From contig JBAXJR010000009.1 in assembly GCA_037137755.1 (NCBI GenBank), forward strand, positions 1 to 64,000: a stretch of DNA of 64,000 bases, given 5' to 3'. Below, piece after piece: positions 1-9,162 of the stretch; position 1 is the first letter of the stretch; every line of letters starts with the position of its first letter. The position numbers and the translations under genes were made by a program. The stretch comes from Methanomicrobiales archaeon. Lineage in GTDB: Archaea; Halobacteriota; Methanomicrobia; Methanomicrobiales; Methanospirillaceae. The notes under the pieces are model-generated. The model saw only the letters and a program-made list of their open reading frames with translations, was not told the DNA's origin and ran no database searches.

Positions 1-1473
1 TCCGTGACAGTGACTGCGGGTAAAACTACAAATGTCAATCCCAAACTTCAAGCTGTTCCGGTAACCACCGGGTCAATTGACATTAAATCTAATCCATTAG
101 GTGCAACAGTCTACATCGATGGCATTAATCAGGGAGTTACTCCGGTTGTCCTTACTAATATTGCAAAAGGATCTCACACAATTGTCCTTAATAAAACTGG
201 ATATAAGGACTATCAGGCTACTGTGACTGTGACAAGTGGACGAACAACTGCCGTCAGTCCTAGACTTAGTGCTGTTCCGGTAACCACTGGGTCGATAAAT
301 GTAAAATCAAATCCATTAGGTGCAACGGTCTATCTCGATGATAATAACCAGGGAGTTACTCCGATTACCCTCAACAACATCGCAAAAGGTTCTCACGCTC
401 TCGTCATTAATATGACCGGATATAAGGACTATCAGACTTCCGTGACAGTGACTGCGGGTAAAACTACAAATGTCAATCCCAAACTTCAAGCTGCTCCGGT
501 AACATTACCAACGATAGTGCCGACAACTATTCTAACAATACCGGCAACAACACCCCCGATACCAACTACAACCAAAACTCAGGTACCAACGACAATACCG
601 ACAACGACAGCACCAACTACTGGATCGATCAATGTAAAATCCACTCCATCCGGTGCAAATGTATACCTGGACGGGCCGAAACAAGGAGTGACCCCGATTA
701 CACTCAATAATATCGCAGAGGGATCTCATGCAATCGTCCTGACAATGGCAGGCTATTCAGATTATCAGACCACTGTGACAGTAACAAGAGGACAAACAAT
801 CTCTATCAATCCTATACTTTCTCCGATTCCAGGTTCAAACGGAACTATAGAAATCCAAACGAATCCATCGGGGGCGAAGGTTTACTTGGATGGCTTAAAC
901 AAAGGCATAACTCCGATCACCCTCTACAACGTTGCAGGGGGGTCTCATACGGTTCTTCTGACTATGAGCGGCTATACAGACTATCAGAGTAGTGTGGCAG
1001 TGACAGGCAACCAAAAAATATCGATCTATAACGATTTCACTTCCGGTCATGGGGGCGTTATCCAGGCAGCATCTAATATCGTAGTCAAAGGGAACGTGTA
1101 TGGAATAGACGAAACAGGAACCCACGCAAATTTAGGTGTGATTCAATTTGATCTTGGGCTTGCAGCGGGCGGATTACCTGTTGATGTAACCAAGATACAG
1201 ATGGTATACAATAGCACAAATCAATTGCCATATTTAGTTCCGTTTAGTCCAAATGGTCTTGTTGGTCCAAATAGTTGGACTGTGACAGGTAAATCAGAAG
1301 GGGCAGATAACATGATCCGAGAAGGTCAATATTTCACGATCCAGATTCGACCACTGGTTAACCTGACACCAAGGCAAGAATTCGATCTTGAAATCAAGCC
1401 GGAAAATGGTGCGGCGCTTGGTGTTGAAAGGACTATTCCCTTAGGGATAACGAATACAACACTTCTGTATTAA
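1..1473 (+). CDS. PEGA-repeat surface protein with C-terminal archaellin-like globular domain (5' partial)
   Basis: Repeated GSI.(I/V)KS.P.GA.VY.D....G.TP..L.NI..GSH..VL...GY.DY PEGA units and a Pro/Thr linker. The C-terminus (GVIQAASNIVVKGNVYG...EFDLEIKPENGAALGVERTIP) resembles the globular part of Methanomicrobiales archaellins. The frame is open from the window edge. Confidence 0.85.
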   Translation, partial: SVTVTAGKTTNVNPKLQAVPVTTGSIDIKSNPLGATVYIDGINQGVTPVVLTNIAKGSHTIVLNKTGYKDYQATVTVTSGRTTAVSPRLSAVPVTTGSINVKSNPLGATVYLDDNNQGVTPITLNNIAKGSHALVINMTGYKDYQTSVTVTAGKTTNVNPKLQAAPVTLPTIVPTTILTIPATTPPIPTTTKTQVPTTIPTTTAPTTGSINVKSTPSGANVYLDGPKQGVTPITLNNIAEGSHAIVLTMAGYSDYQTTVTVTRGQTISINPILSPIPGSNGTIEIQTNPSGAKVYLDGLNKGITPITLYNVAGGSHTVLLTMSGYTDYQSSVAVTGNQKISIYNDFTSGHGGVIQAASNIVVKGNVYGIDETGTHANLGVIQFDLGLAAGGLPVDVTKIQMVYNSTNQLPYLVPFSPNGLVGPNSWTVTGKSEGADNMIREGQYFTIQIRPLVNLTPRQEFDLEIKPENGAALGVERTIPLGITNTTLLY

Positions 1474-1533
1474 TCTTTACCCTTTTTTCGTTCCACGTTT
1501 TAATCAATTCTCAAATTACCAATCGGCCATCAA

Positions 1534-1670
1534 GTTTGCCTCCTCGTGTCCTCATTCCCGCTTCGCTTCACTGCTGGCCTCCTCTGCTCACATCATGCCC
1601 TGGTTTTTCATACTGTCCTGAGGTGATATTGACGGCCATACCATCGTCGCGTGCTCCTCGTTATCGCCTG
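1534..1670 (+). repeat. Left arm of a ~140 bp imperfect inverted repeat (partner 4350-4487)
   Basis: Aligns by eye to the reverse complement of 4350-4487 at roughly 80% identity; exact 23-bp core TCACATCATGCCCTGGTTTTTCA (1588-1610 vs 4411-4433). Confidence 0.9.
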
Positions 1671-2090
1671 CCAGCTCGCGGGCAACCGGCTTGATGACCC
1701 GTTGCCTTCGCGGTATGCAAAATCGCCCGCTTTCCGCTACCGCTTGCGGGCTACTTGTGGAGGCCGGGGCCCAGCTGAGGCCGTGCCACCTGCGACGGCC
1801 CGAATGAACTTGATACGTTGGGGGATGGGGTGAGCACCATAGCCAGCGACGAGGCACCCGGTTACCGAGCGAAGCGAGGTCGAGGTGCCGAGGAGCGCCA
1901 TCGTGTTTGAGTCCTGTAATATTCCACCCGACCCAGGTCAACAACAACCAGCGACGAAGGCGCCCGACTACGGCCGGCCAGGTCGTCGAGGCGTCAAGGA
2001 GAGACAGAGATCCCAATACAACATACCCGAAGGGAAGGCCCTCGGAGACGGCCGGGCCGGCAGTGGGCCTTCCCGGAGGGGCCCGGTTAG

Positions 2091-2100
2091 TTTATATATA
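2091..2100 (+). promoter_or_regulatory. Probable archaeal TATA box for the 2198-3898 operon
   Basis: TTTATATATA immediately after a GC-rich non-coding tract and ~100 bp upstream of the first ORF. Confidence 0.5.
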
Positions 2101-2197
2101 TGCGATTTTGTGATAACTTGTGCTGTTATACACTTTCACACCGCGCTCGGCGCTGGTTTATAACTCAGCCAGTCGACATAGTATGTGGTGAAAAGAA

Positions 2198-2587
2198 ATG
2201 TCTGACGCAGTCTTTCCCCAAATTGAGCATGTCGGATGCGTGAAAGTTTCCGGCGGTATGCTCCGTATCGATGTGAAAATAGTACAGGCAGCGATCTGCA
2301 GATCTGATGTCTCCCGTCTTATCGGGGACCAGGCACAGGTCGCCGTCTGGGACATGACCCCAGTCTGGAACAGGACCGGGGAACCTGTAGAGATTGGCCG
2401 GGCTTGGATCAGCGGTTCGGGTCGGGCAGTGATGTACACCATCGCAGGCAGGAGATACATATCTCCGCTCTCGCAGGTGAAGGCCATTGTCGCAGGTATT
2501 CGGAAGATCGCAAATATCTCCACTATTGAATGGACCCCATTCCTGCCAGGAACAGAACAGGCAGCACCCCAGGCGGTATCAGCATGA
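2198..2587 (+). CDS. Hypothetical protein (mobile-element associated)
   Basis: 129-aa ORF with GGTGA RBS; first gene of the coupled operon. Confidence 0.7.
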   Translation: MSDAVFPQIEHVGCVKVSGGMLRIDVKIVQAAICRSDVSRLIGDQAQVAVWDMTPVWNRTGEPVEIGRAWISGSGRAVMYTIAGRRYISPLSQVKAIVAGIRKIANISTIEWTPFLPGTEQAAPQAVSA

Positions 2588-2730
2588 TACCGGCGGCTGA
2601 GGCATTGCTAATTGTTGCACTCCGCGAAGAAGCAGACCACTTGCAACAACAGGCAACGGCACTTGAATTTGATGCCCAGGACCTGCGATACCAGGCCGAA
2701 GAGATCGCAAAAGTCTATGGGGTGGCCTGA
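2584..2730 (+). CDS. Small coiled-coil hypothetical protein
   Basis: ATG overlaps the upstream stop (ATGA); helical sequence LREEADHLQQQATALEFDAQDLRYQAEEIAK. Confidence 0.55.
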   Translation: MIPAAEALLIVALREEADHLQQQATALEFDAQDLRYQAEEIAKVYGVA

Positions 2731-2731
2731 A

Positions 2732-2935
2732 ATGTGTTGCAGGTCCGAAGACCTCGATATCATAGAGGACGAATATTATGAAAATTGCTTCCGTTGCCGG
2801 ATATGCGGCAGGAAATGTGCTGGAGAATTCGAAGATCTCCTGAAAGTGGTAGAGGCAAACCGATCAAGATATCAGGCAATTGCAGAGTTTTCCAGGCAGT
2901 GGGACCGGGACCACGCAGAGGAGGCGAGGGTATGA
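2732..2935 (+). CDS. Small Cys-rich (Zn-ribbon-like) protein
   Basis: MCCRSEDL...CFRCRICGRKC; starts 1 nt after the upstream stop. Confidence 0.55.
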   Translation: MCCRSEDLDIIEDEYYENCFRCRICGRKCAGEFEDLLKVVEANRSRYQAIAEFSRQWDRDHAEEARV

Positions 2936-3264
2936 CCCCCTTCTCCTTTCTGATTGCACGGATCAAAAAGAATATTTCTTCATTGCATCTTCGACGGGAG
3001 CATGGAGAATGCCCCCGTTGCCCGTGGATCTACACTGAAGGACAGGGTATCTGCCGGTTTTGCATGCAAAAGAACCGGAATATCTCAAAAATAATGGAGG
3101 ATAGTCCAGAGGATTCGGAGCGGTGCAAAAACTGTGGTGAAATAGTCCCACCGGAACATCAGAAGATTGGCATCGAATACCAGGGCGAACAGGAACATTC
3201 CGGGTCAGTGTATTATCTTGCTGGATATAACTGTCCGGCCTGTGGCTATCATGCAGAGGTGTGA
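2932..3264 (+). CDS. Double zinc-finger hypothetical protein
   Basis: CPRC/CRFC and CKNC/CPAC pairs; ATGA overlap with the upstream gene. Confidence 0.6.
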   Translation: MTPFSFLIARIKKNISSLHLRREHGECPRCPWIYTEGQGICRFCMQKNRNISKIMEDSPEDSERCKNCGEIVPPEHQKIGIEYQGEQEHSGSVYYLAGYNCPACGYHAEV

Positions 3265-3704
3265 TAATGATCAATTCAACACCTTCGCCCTTCTGGACCA
3301 GTGAAGACCTTATCTCTGTCTATTCCAGGGCCGATGCCCTGCGGGATGGCGTCCTGGTTGAGGTCCCCCTCAATCTATCCATTGAAGCGGGAATCAAAAT
3401 TCCGGTGGCACTAACATCAGAAGCATGGTATTACATCGATCCGGGTAACCTCGATGAATTACCAGGGCAGAGTATTATTGGCCGATTGTGGGACCTGCTG
3501 CAAGTGTTCCGGGTTATGGCCAGCCAGGCCCGACACACGGATCGGGTCTTGTTTAATGTGGCATTTCTTATGCCGATATCAGGTGAAAAGGACCAGTCCA
3601 AAATCTTAAGAGAACATGAAGAAGTTGCCACCTTCAAAGCAATATGCGGACCAGGTGACGACATGAAACCGGTAGTAACGATTATGCTCCCCTGGGAGGA
3701 CTAA
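3261..3704 (+). CDS. DUF6573 family protein
   Basis: Characteristic YSRADALRDGVLVEV...PVALT..AW...GQ...GRLWDLL...GPGDD.KPVVTIMLP.ED pattern. Confidence 0.8.
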   Translation: MIMINSTPSPFWTSEDLISVYSRADALRDGVLVEVPLNLSIEAGIKIPVALTSEAWYYIDPGNLDELPGQSIIGRLWDLLQVFRVMASQARHTDRVLFNVAFLMPISGEKDQSKILREHEEVATFKAICGPGDDMKPVVTIMLPWED

Positions 3705-3898
3705 TGAATATGCAAAGGGATTCCAAAATCCCACAATTTTATACGACCGACGAAGTCGCGGCCCTTCTCCACCTGAACGTACAGACTGTGCGTCTGTTAC
3801 TTCAAAAAAAAGAACTCGGCGGAATTAAAATCGGCGTGGAATGGCGGGTGAGCGAGGACCACATTCTGGAATTCATCAAGGACCACGAGAACAAGTGA
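3704..3898 (+). CDS. Excisionase-family (HTH_17) DNA-binding protein
   Basis: YTTDEVAALLHLNVQTVRLLL...LGGIKIGVEWRV winged-HTH signature. Confidence 0.85.
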   Translation: MNMQRDSKIPQFYTTDEVAALLHLNVQTVRLLLQKKELGGIKIGVEWRVSEDHILEFIKDHENK

Positions 3899-4349
3899 TC
3901 GGGAGATCTCCGGCCTATTGAAATTGTGTCTGACGCAGTTTCTTTTGGCCGGCCGCGACCCGATCGGGATCAATGTTGGTAGCAGGGCCTTATCTCTATT
4001 CTGATAATTTTTCTTCTGCTCCCAAACAACTATCCAGAACCTATCATAATCCGTGAGAGGGCGGCGGGAGCACTCGGAGGTGACACGGTATCAACCGGGT
4101 CTGTGCTCCCTCCTTTCCATCCAGGCTGCAAGTGATAACGGTAGGCAGCCGATTTCTATTTTGGGCCATTGGGGGCCAAGCGGCCCGAGTGACCGCCGCG
4201 ATGGGGTGCGAAGGTAACGAGTTGCTCTCAAGCAACTCGTCCGAGCCCCACATGCGTCGCGGGAACGAGTCACCGAGCGTCTGCACTTGTACGGTACTCA
4301 GCGAACGGGACCGATGGCATCAGCCATGTGTCCCGGAGCGTGAAGGAAA

Positions 4350-4487
4350 CAGGCGATGACGAGGAGTATCACGACGAAGTCTCGGCCGTCAATAGCACCC
4401 CGAGACAATCTGAAAAACCAGGGCATGATGTGAAGACGAGGAGGCCCACAGTGGAGCGAAGCGGAACGAGGACACGAGGAGGCGAAC
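4350..4487 (-). repeat. Right arm of the ~140 bp imperfect inverted repeat (partner 1534-1670)
   Basis: Reverse complement GTTCGCCTCCTCGTGTCCTCGTTCCGCTTCGCTCC... matches the left arm GTTTGCCTCCTCGTGTCCTCATTCCCGCTTCGCTTC... Confidence 0.9.
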
Positions 4488-4598
4488 ATTCTGCCCGACT
4501 GCAATAACAAGTAACTATGAAATTTAATAAAAAATTAGATCAAAAATACGCTCAATATGAGCCCCAAAACGCCTGCGGATTCCTACACAGCGTGCAAA

Positions 4599-4671
4599 AG
4601 CCTCAGCCGTGATTTGAACACGGGACCTGCTGATTACAAGTCAGCCGCTCTGCCAACTAAGCCACTGAGGC
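4599..4671 (-). tRNA. tRNA-Thr (anticodon TGT)
   Basis: GCCTCAG/CTGAGGC acceptor stem, D-arm GCTTAGTTGGCAGAGC, anticodon arm GCTGA-CTTGTAA-TCAGC, T-loop TTCAAAT; no encoded CCA. Confidence 0.97.
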
Positions 4672-4737
4672 GCCATACTAAATTGTCATTTGTCGGTAAA
4701 AAAGGTGGTGCATTGGAGCAGGGATTTAACGCAGGTT

Positions 4738-4980
4738 TCACCGGGTCCACACGGGTTCGCCGTCATACAGGATCCTGGTAATCCGGTGGTACGGGATTGC
4801 CGTTGTCCCGTACGGGGACTCCCGCTCGAAGTAATAGGCATCAAGTTTCACAATCTGTTCCCCGGTCACACAGGAGATATCATTCTGGGCCCCGCGGTCA
4901 ATGTAACAGACTTCAACACGGGCAAATGAGAACCGCTGGTCGTGAAAATATTTCAGGAGTAGCGCATGACTCGTCCTCAT
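4738..4980 (-). CDS. DUF504/MJ1316-like small protein
   Basis: 80 aa with Y.DRG...IPYHRI..I.YDG..VW motif. Confidence 0.8.
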   Translation of the reverse strand: MRTSHALLLKYFHDQRFSFARVEVCYIDRGAQNDISCVTGEQIVKLDAYYFERESPYGTTAIPYHRITRILYDGEPVWTR

Positions 4981-5116
4981 TGTCCCCCATTACTCTGGAT
5001 TTGTTACCCTGACATCCACGTATTATCACATAAGCTAACCGGAGTTCCAGGGCAGGGGGACCTGTCCAGGCCAGCAAGAAATACATTTTTCAGAACCCGG
5101 GATATATCACCATACC

Positions 5117-5929
5117 ATGCGACCATTCATCGTCCTTATAGGAATCCTCCTCGTCACCGCGATCATGTTCACCGGCTGTACTACCGAAAAGCCGGGTGGA
5201 ATGTCGGTACCTACCCCGGTTGACACATTTCCCGTTGTCACTCCGCCAACTACCCCGGTAACACCTTCAGTAACTGGAACCGCAGTTCCGATCGTCACAC
5301 CAGCAATCGTAGATATTTCTATCCGGGCATCGCCGGAAAAATACAGCCCATTAATGTCTTCCACGGTCGGGATCGGATTAACCCCATTGTATACAGGGTC
5401 TCGCCCGGACGTTGTATACAGTTGGAATACCAGTTTTGGTCATTTCGTCAGCTGGAATGCCCCGGGCTGGAACGTCAGCCAGCATGGCAATAGTATCGAA
5501 ACTACCAACGCGACGATATACTGGACTTACTCTCCTGACGATATGGGAAAAGAAAAACCGCCAGTTACCATCCGCCTCATCATAAAAACACCCCCGCGGA
5601 CCCATGGCGGGAACGGGACCATCGCCTGGAAAGACCTCCGTATCAACTGGGAAGATACAGATATGGCTGTGATCGAACAGGCAGCATGTGGCATACAGAA
5701 CTGCCACGGTATGGAGATCAGTTGTGGCCCGCAGGTTGTTGAAATGTGTACGATGGAGTACCAGCTGGGGGATAAATGCCGGAGCCTCGCATCCTGCCAG
5801 AATATCAACGGGTCCTGCACCGTGGTAAAACAGGAAGGATATACAAAATGCGTCTCCTGTGTTGAGGAATGCAACAGGACCGCCGGTAATGATCCCGTAA
5901 AGGCATTCGACTGCGAAAGCCGGTGTTGA
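5117..5929 (+). CDS. Secreted lipoprotein-like protein with Cys-rich C-terminal domain
   Basis: Hydrophobic N-terminus ending FTGC, Pro/Thr linker, and a C-terminal domain of ~80 aa with many Cys. Confidence 0.75.
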   Translation: MRPFIVLIGILLVTAIMFTGCTTEKPGGMSVPTPVDTFPVVTPPTTPVTPSVTGTAVPIVTPAIVDISIRASPEKYSPLMSSTVGIGLTPLYTGSRPDVVYSWNTSFGHFVSWNAPGWNVSQHGNSIETTNATIYWTYSPDDMGKEKPPVTIRLIIKTPPRTHGGNGTIAWKDLRINWEDTDMAVIEQAACGIQNCHGMEISCGPQVVEMCTMEYQLGDKCRSLASCQNINGSCTVVKQEGYTKCVSCVEECNRTAGNDPVKAFDCESRC

Positions 5930-6129
5930 TACAGCCACTGTATCAATTCACCTGTTTTTTTTCTTTTCCAAAAGATCACTCCATTTTAACAAAGCTCACA
6001 CATGGAGGGGATAGACAGAAGTGACGACCGAATTGCCTCGTGAAGAGATTTCATAAGATTGCACGTTGAAATGATCAAACAATCGTTGTATTGAACGGAG
6101 TTGAATGAAACTTGCCAGAATTAGCTAAA

Positions 6130-6303
6130 ATGGTCCGATATGTGTGCCTGGAATGTCATTATATTTATGATCCGGTAAAGGGAGATCCCAAAAACGGGAT
6201 ACCCGCTGGTACACCATGGAAAGATGTTCCCGACAGCTGGCGCTGCCCGGAATGCAAAATCCTTAAGGCAAAAAAAGGCGTTTTCAAACCGCTTGATGAA
6301 TAA
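6130..6303 (+). CDS. Rubredoxin
   Basis: YVCLECHYIYDP..GDP..GI..GT.W.DVPDSWRCPEC. Confidence 0.93.
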   Translation: MVRYVCLECHYIYDPVKGDPKNGIPAGTPWKDVPDSWRCPECKILKAKKGVFKPLDE

Positions 6304-6410
6304 TATTCTTCCTTTTGCAATTTTTTTTATATGAGCCACCCTTTTTCTCTGAAGAAAAACAAGAGGGACTGGTCACAAAAAATCGCTAACCTGTTGGAGG
6401 TCGGATTCTT

Positions 6411-6758
6411 ATGAGTAAGGCTGTGTTTAATCCAGAAATAAAAACCGTCCTTGATCAAATCCTGCCCGGGATTCCTGGTGTTACCCCGGGTAAAATGTTC
6501 GGGTACCCGGCATATTACATCCGGGACAAACTGTTTGCATGCATTTACGAAAACGGTGTTGGGATCAAGGTCCCGGGGAAAAGGGCCGAAGACCTTGCAG
6601 GTATGCCTGGGTTCACCTTTTTTCAACCGCTGGGACGGGCAAAAATGAAATCATGGATTTTTCTTGAGCGGAGCGAACCAAGGGACTTTTTGAATGAACT
6701 TCCCCTGTTTATGACATCCATAGAATACGTTGCATCCACGGCGGATAAGAAGAAGTAA
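6411..6758 (+). CDS. TfoX/Sxy N-terminal-like protein
   Basis: GKMFGYPAYY..DKLFA...G.GIKV...F.P.GR..MK.W pattern. Confidence 0.65.
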   Translation: MSKAVFNPEIKTVLDQILPGIPGVTPGKMFGYPAYYIRDKLFACIYENGVGIKVPGKRAEDLAGMPGFTFFQPLGRAKMKSWIFLERSEPRDFLNELPLFMTSIEYVASTADKKK

Positions 6759-7013
6759 TTCTTTTTCATAACCAACCGGATTGAAAGGCACTTTGTGCCA
6801 AACGTAAAGTCTGACGGAAACCACCAGGTAAAGGAATGCATGCGAATTTCAAGGGATAACCGCCCTTCGTTCATTCATTAGTTTTGCACTGGTGTGAACC
6901 GCATCTGCAGGAACACGGGATTAGGCCTGGTCGAGATCCGCATCGCTGATTGTAAGGCCAGGTTGCAGCGTGGTCCCGATAATTTTTTTCCCACCTGGTA
7001 TCCATCACTAATC

Positions 7014-7529
7014 ATGGGGAAGAAAACCTGCCTCGTGCTTCTCATACTCATGATTTCATTGATAACCATGGGTTGCCTGGATCCTGCGGCAGAAGCACGG
7101 GAGTGGAATAAAAAAGGCGAGAAGGACCATATTATGGGGAGATACGAAGAAGCAGTTTCCGCATACGACCAGGCAATATCCGCTGAACCCTATTATGGAA
7201 AAGCGTGGCGGAACCGGGGTCTTTCTCTGGCACTTCTAAACCGCACAAACGAGTCTGAGTTTTCTTTTGATAAAGCGCTTTCAATAGACCATGAGGATAT
7301 GACAGCCCTGTATTACCAGGCATTATCCCGTTCCCATGCGGGAAATGATCAAAGTGCACTCGACAGCCTGAACATAACCATTGCAGTGAGTCCGAAAAAC
7401 CGTGATGATGCCATTACCCTGACACAGGCATGGACACTCCGGGGCGATCTCCTCACGAAACTGGGCCATATTGAGGAAGCAAACCAGTCCTACCGGAAGG
7501 CACACGAGACCATGATGTCAACGATCTGA
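7014..7529 (+). CDS. TPR lipoprotein
   Basis: Signal peptide ending MGC; TPR repeats (WNKKG...GRYEEAV.AYD.AI...P....AWRNRG). Start placed at MGKK. Confidence 0.8.
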   Translation: MGKKTCLVLLILMISLITMGCLDPAAEAREWNKKGEKDHIMGRYEEAVSAYDQAISAEPYYGKAWRNRGLSLALLNRTNESEFSFDKALSIDHEDMTALYYQALSRSHAGNDQSALDSLNITIAVSPKNRDDAITLTQAWTLRGDLLTKLGHIEEANQSYRKAHETMMSTI

Positions 7530-7570
7530 TGCTTCCCGGGGTTGGAAAAAAGGTGTGGGTTCCCGCGGGA

Positions 7571-8497
7571 TTATTGTTGTTTATACCCGCATGAACCGCA
7601 GAACTTTTTGCCGGGTTTGAGATTATTGCCACACACCGGGCATGTCCCGGGGGAACCGGTTTTGGGATCACTCGTGGCTTTGGCCCCGCATGACTCGCAA
7701 TACTGGTCAGCAGGCTTGACCACTGCCCCGCAGGCGGTACACAAGCTGACCGGTGAACCAGGGGTTTCCTCTTCCTCAACAACCCCACTCATCCGGTTTG
7801 CAATCCTGCGGGCTTTCTCCTCTTCTCCCGGTGGTACGGGGATACTGATCTCAAAGGGCCGGAGGATATACAGGCCGACCAGCTGGATGAACGAGAATAC
7901 CAGAATAGGGGGATGTTTCGCGGTCTCTTTTTCATAGCTGACCCCGTCCATCCTCATCAGGAAGGAGTGGAACGGGTAGACCCCTCCTTCGTAAATAATA
8001 CCATTATCCGTGATATACGCATCACGTGGTGCCTTAAGGGCACGTTTCCGTTCCAGTTTCGGAGCCACAACGGAGACAATCGCAACAATGATGAGGACAA
8101 CAAAGAGCATCCCGGCAGTGGCGACCCCGGCTTCCCCGCCGAAGATGATCATAAGGACCATCCCGATAACAAGGAAACCACCCACTACATAGAGGAGTGC
8201 CCTGTTGTTCTCCATGTAACCCACATATTCACGTTCTGCACTCTTTCGGGTTTCATCCTCAGGATAGACCCAGTGGGCAAGCAGGTTTTTCCCCCCGAGA
8301 ATGTCATCCATCGCTCTCGCACGGGTAAAGAACAGCAATGCAACCGCAAACGAGCAGAGCGTCAGGAAGAAGGAGATAAACGAGACCGCATACCCACCGG
8401 ACATCCCGTCCATTCCACTGCCGACGAATATTAAGATAACAAAGAGCACCGCCAAAATCAGCGAGATATATACCCATTTCCACTGGCTGTTCTCCAT
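7571..8497 (-). CDS. Membrane protein with C-terminal double zinc ribbon
   Basis: Four hydrophobic segments; C-terminal CTACG..YCESCG and CPVCG..FCGSCG. Confidence 0.85.
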   Translation of the reverse strand: MENSQWKWVYISLILAVLFVILIFVGSGMDGMSGGYAVSFISFFLTLCSFAVALLFFTRARAMDDILGGKNLLAHWVYPEDETRKSAEREYVGYMENNRALLYVVGGFLVIGMVLMIIFGGEAGVATAGMLFVVLIIVAIVSVVAPKLERKRALKAPRDAYITDNGIIYEGGVYPFHSFLMRMDGVSYEKETAKHPPILVFSFIQLVGLYILRPFEISIPVPPGEEEKARRIANRMSGVVEEEETPGSPVSLCTACGAVVKPADQYCESCGAKATSDPKTGSPGTCPVCGNNLKPGKKFCGSCGYKQQ

Positions 8498-9084
8498 TAT
8501 TCACCATCCTTTTTTCTAGTCAAGAGGCTGGGCTTTCCATATGCTCCGGCAATCAATACAAGCCCGAAAAGAACAAAAATAAAGGTCGCTGGGTTTAGCG
8601 GGGCCTTTTTCGTTGTTGTTGCCGGTACTGGTGTAGAGGGATGTTCCGTTGTGGTTACCGTGGTACGCCGGTATGTTGCAGCCTCATTCCCACGCCCGAG
8701 CTGGGTGAGAATGTCTGCCTTTAAGTTGTTTGAATCCCGGTCAGATGGGTCCAGTACAAGTGCCCGGTCTACCGCGGTCAGTGCCTCCTGTGGGCGGTTG
8801 AGTTTTGTCAGGCTGTAGGCCTTCAGGTACCAGGCAGCCATAAATGACGGGTCATATTTAGTCGCGTTCGTATATGCTGCGAGGGCCTCATCATAACGCC
8901 CATTCTGCAACGCGTTCTGGCCTTCATACAATGCGAGCGATGCATCATCAATCGAATGGAAAGACTGGACATCCGCGTACTCCGGTGACATATTAGACGA
9001 AATATTCACCCCTGATACCGAAAAGGGCACCAGGACGAGAGATAGGATGACGATTCCCCACCTGATAGCTGTAAACCCCTGCAT
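8497..9084 (-). CDS. Secreted TPR protein with C-terminal membrane anchor
   Basis: Signal peptide, TPR repeats, Thr-rich linker, C-terminal TM and basic tail; stop overlaps the next start. Confidence 0.85.
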   Translation of the reverse strand: MQGFTAIRWGIVILSLVLVPFSVSGVNISSNMSPEYADVQSFHSIDDASLALYEGQNALQNGRYDEALAAYTNATKYDPSFMAAWYLKAYSLTKLNRPQEALTAVDRALVLDPSDRDSNNLKADILTQLGRGNEAATYRRTTVTTTEHPSTPVPATTTKKAPLNPATFIFVLFGLVLIAGAYGKPSLLTRKKDGE

Positions 9085-9162
9085 AGCAGGGGTTTCAGCA
9101 GGGGAGGATATTAATTTTTATACCTGCTTTTTCGGGACCCCTGGATACCCCAGACAAGGAAT

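Larger units (their letters stand above)
2198..3898 (+). mobile_element. Virus/ICE-like small-gene operon, probably part of an element integrated at tRNA-Thr
   Basis: Six short overlapping or abutting ORFs including Cys/Zn-finger proteins, DUF6573 and an excisionase-type HTH, located just beyond the 3' end of a tRNA. No integrase or second att site is visible in the window. Confidence 0.65.

Noticed and set aside
1588-2163. Short ORFs in the GC-rich tract (and the similar ones at 4044-4510)
   Set aside because: Overlapping ORFs on both strands without protein-like motifs; similarity between them just reflects the inverted repeat.
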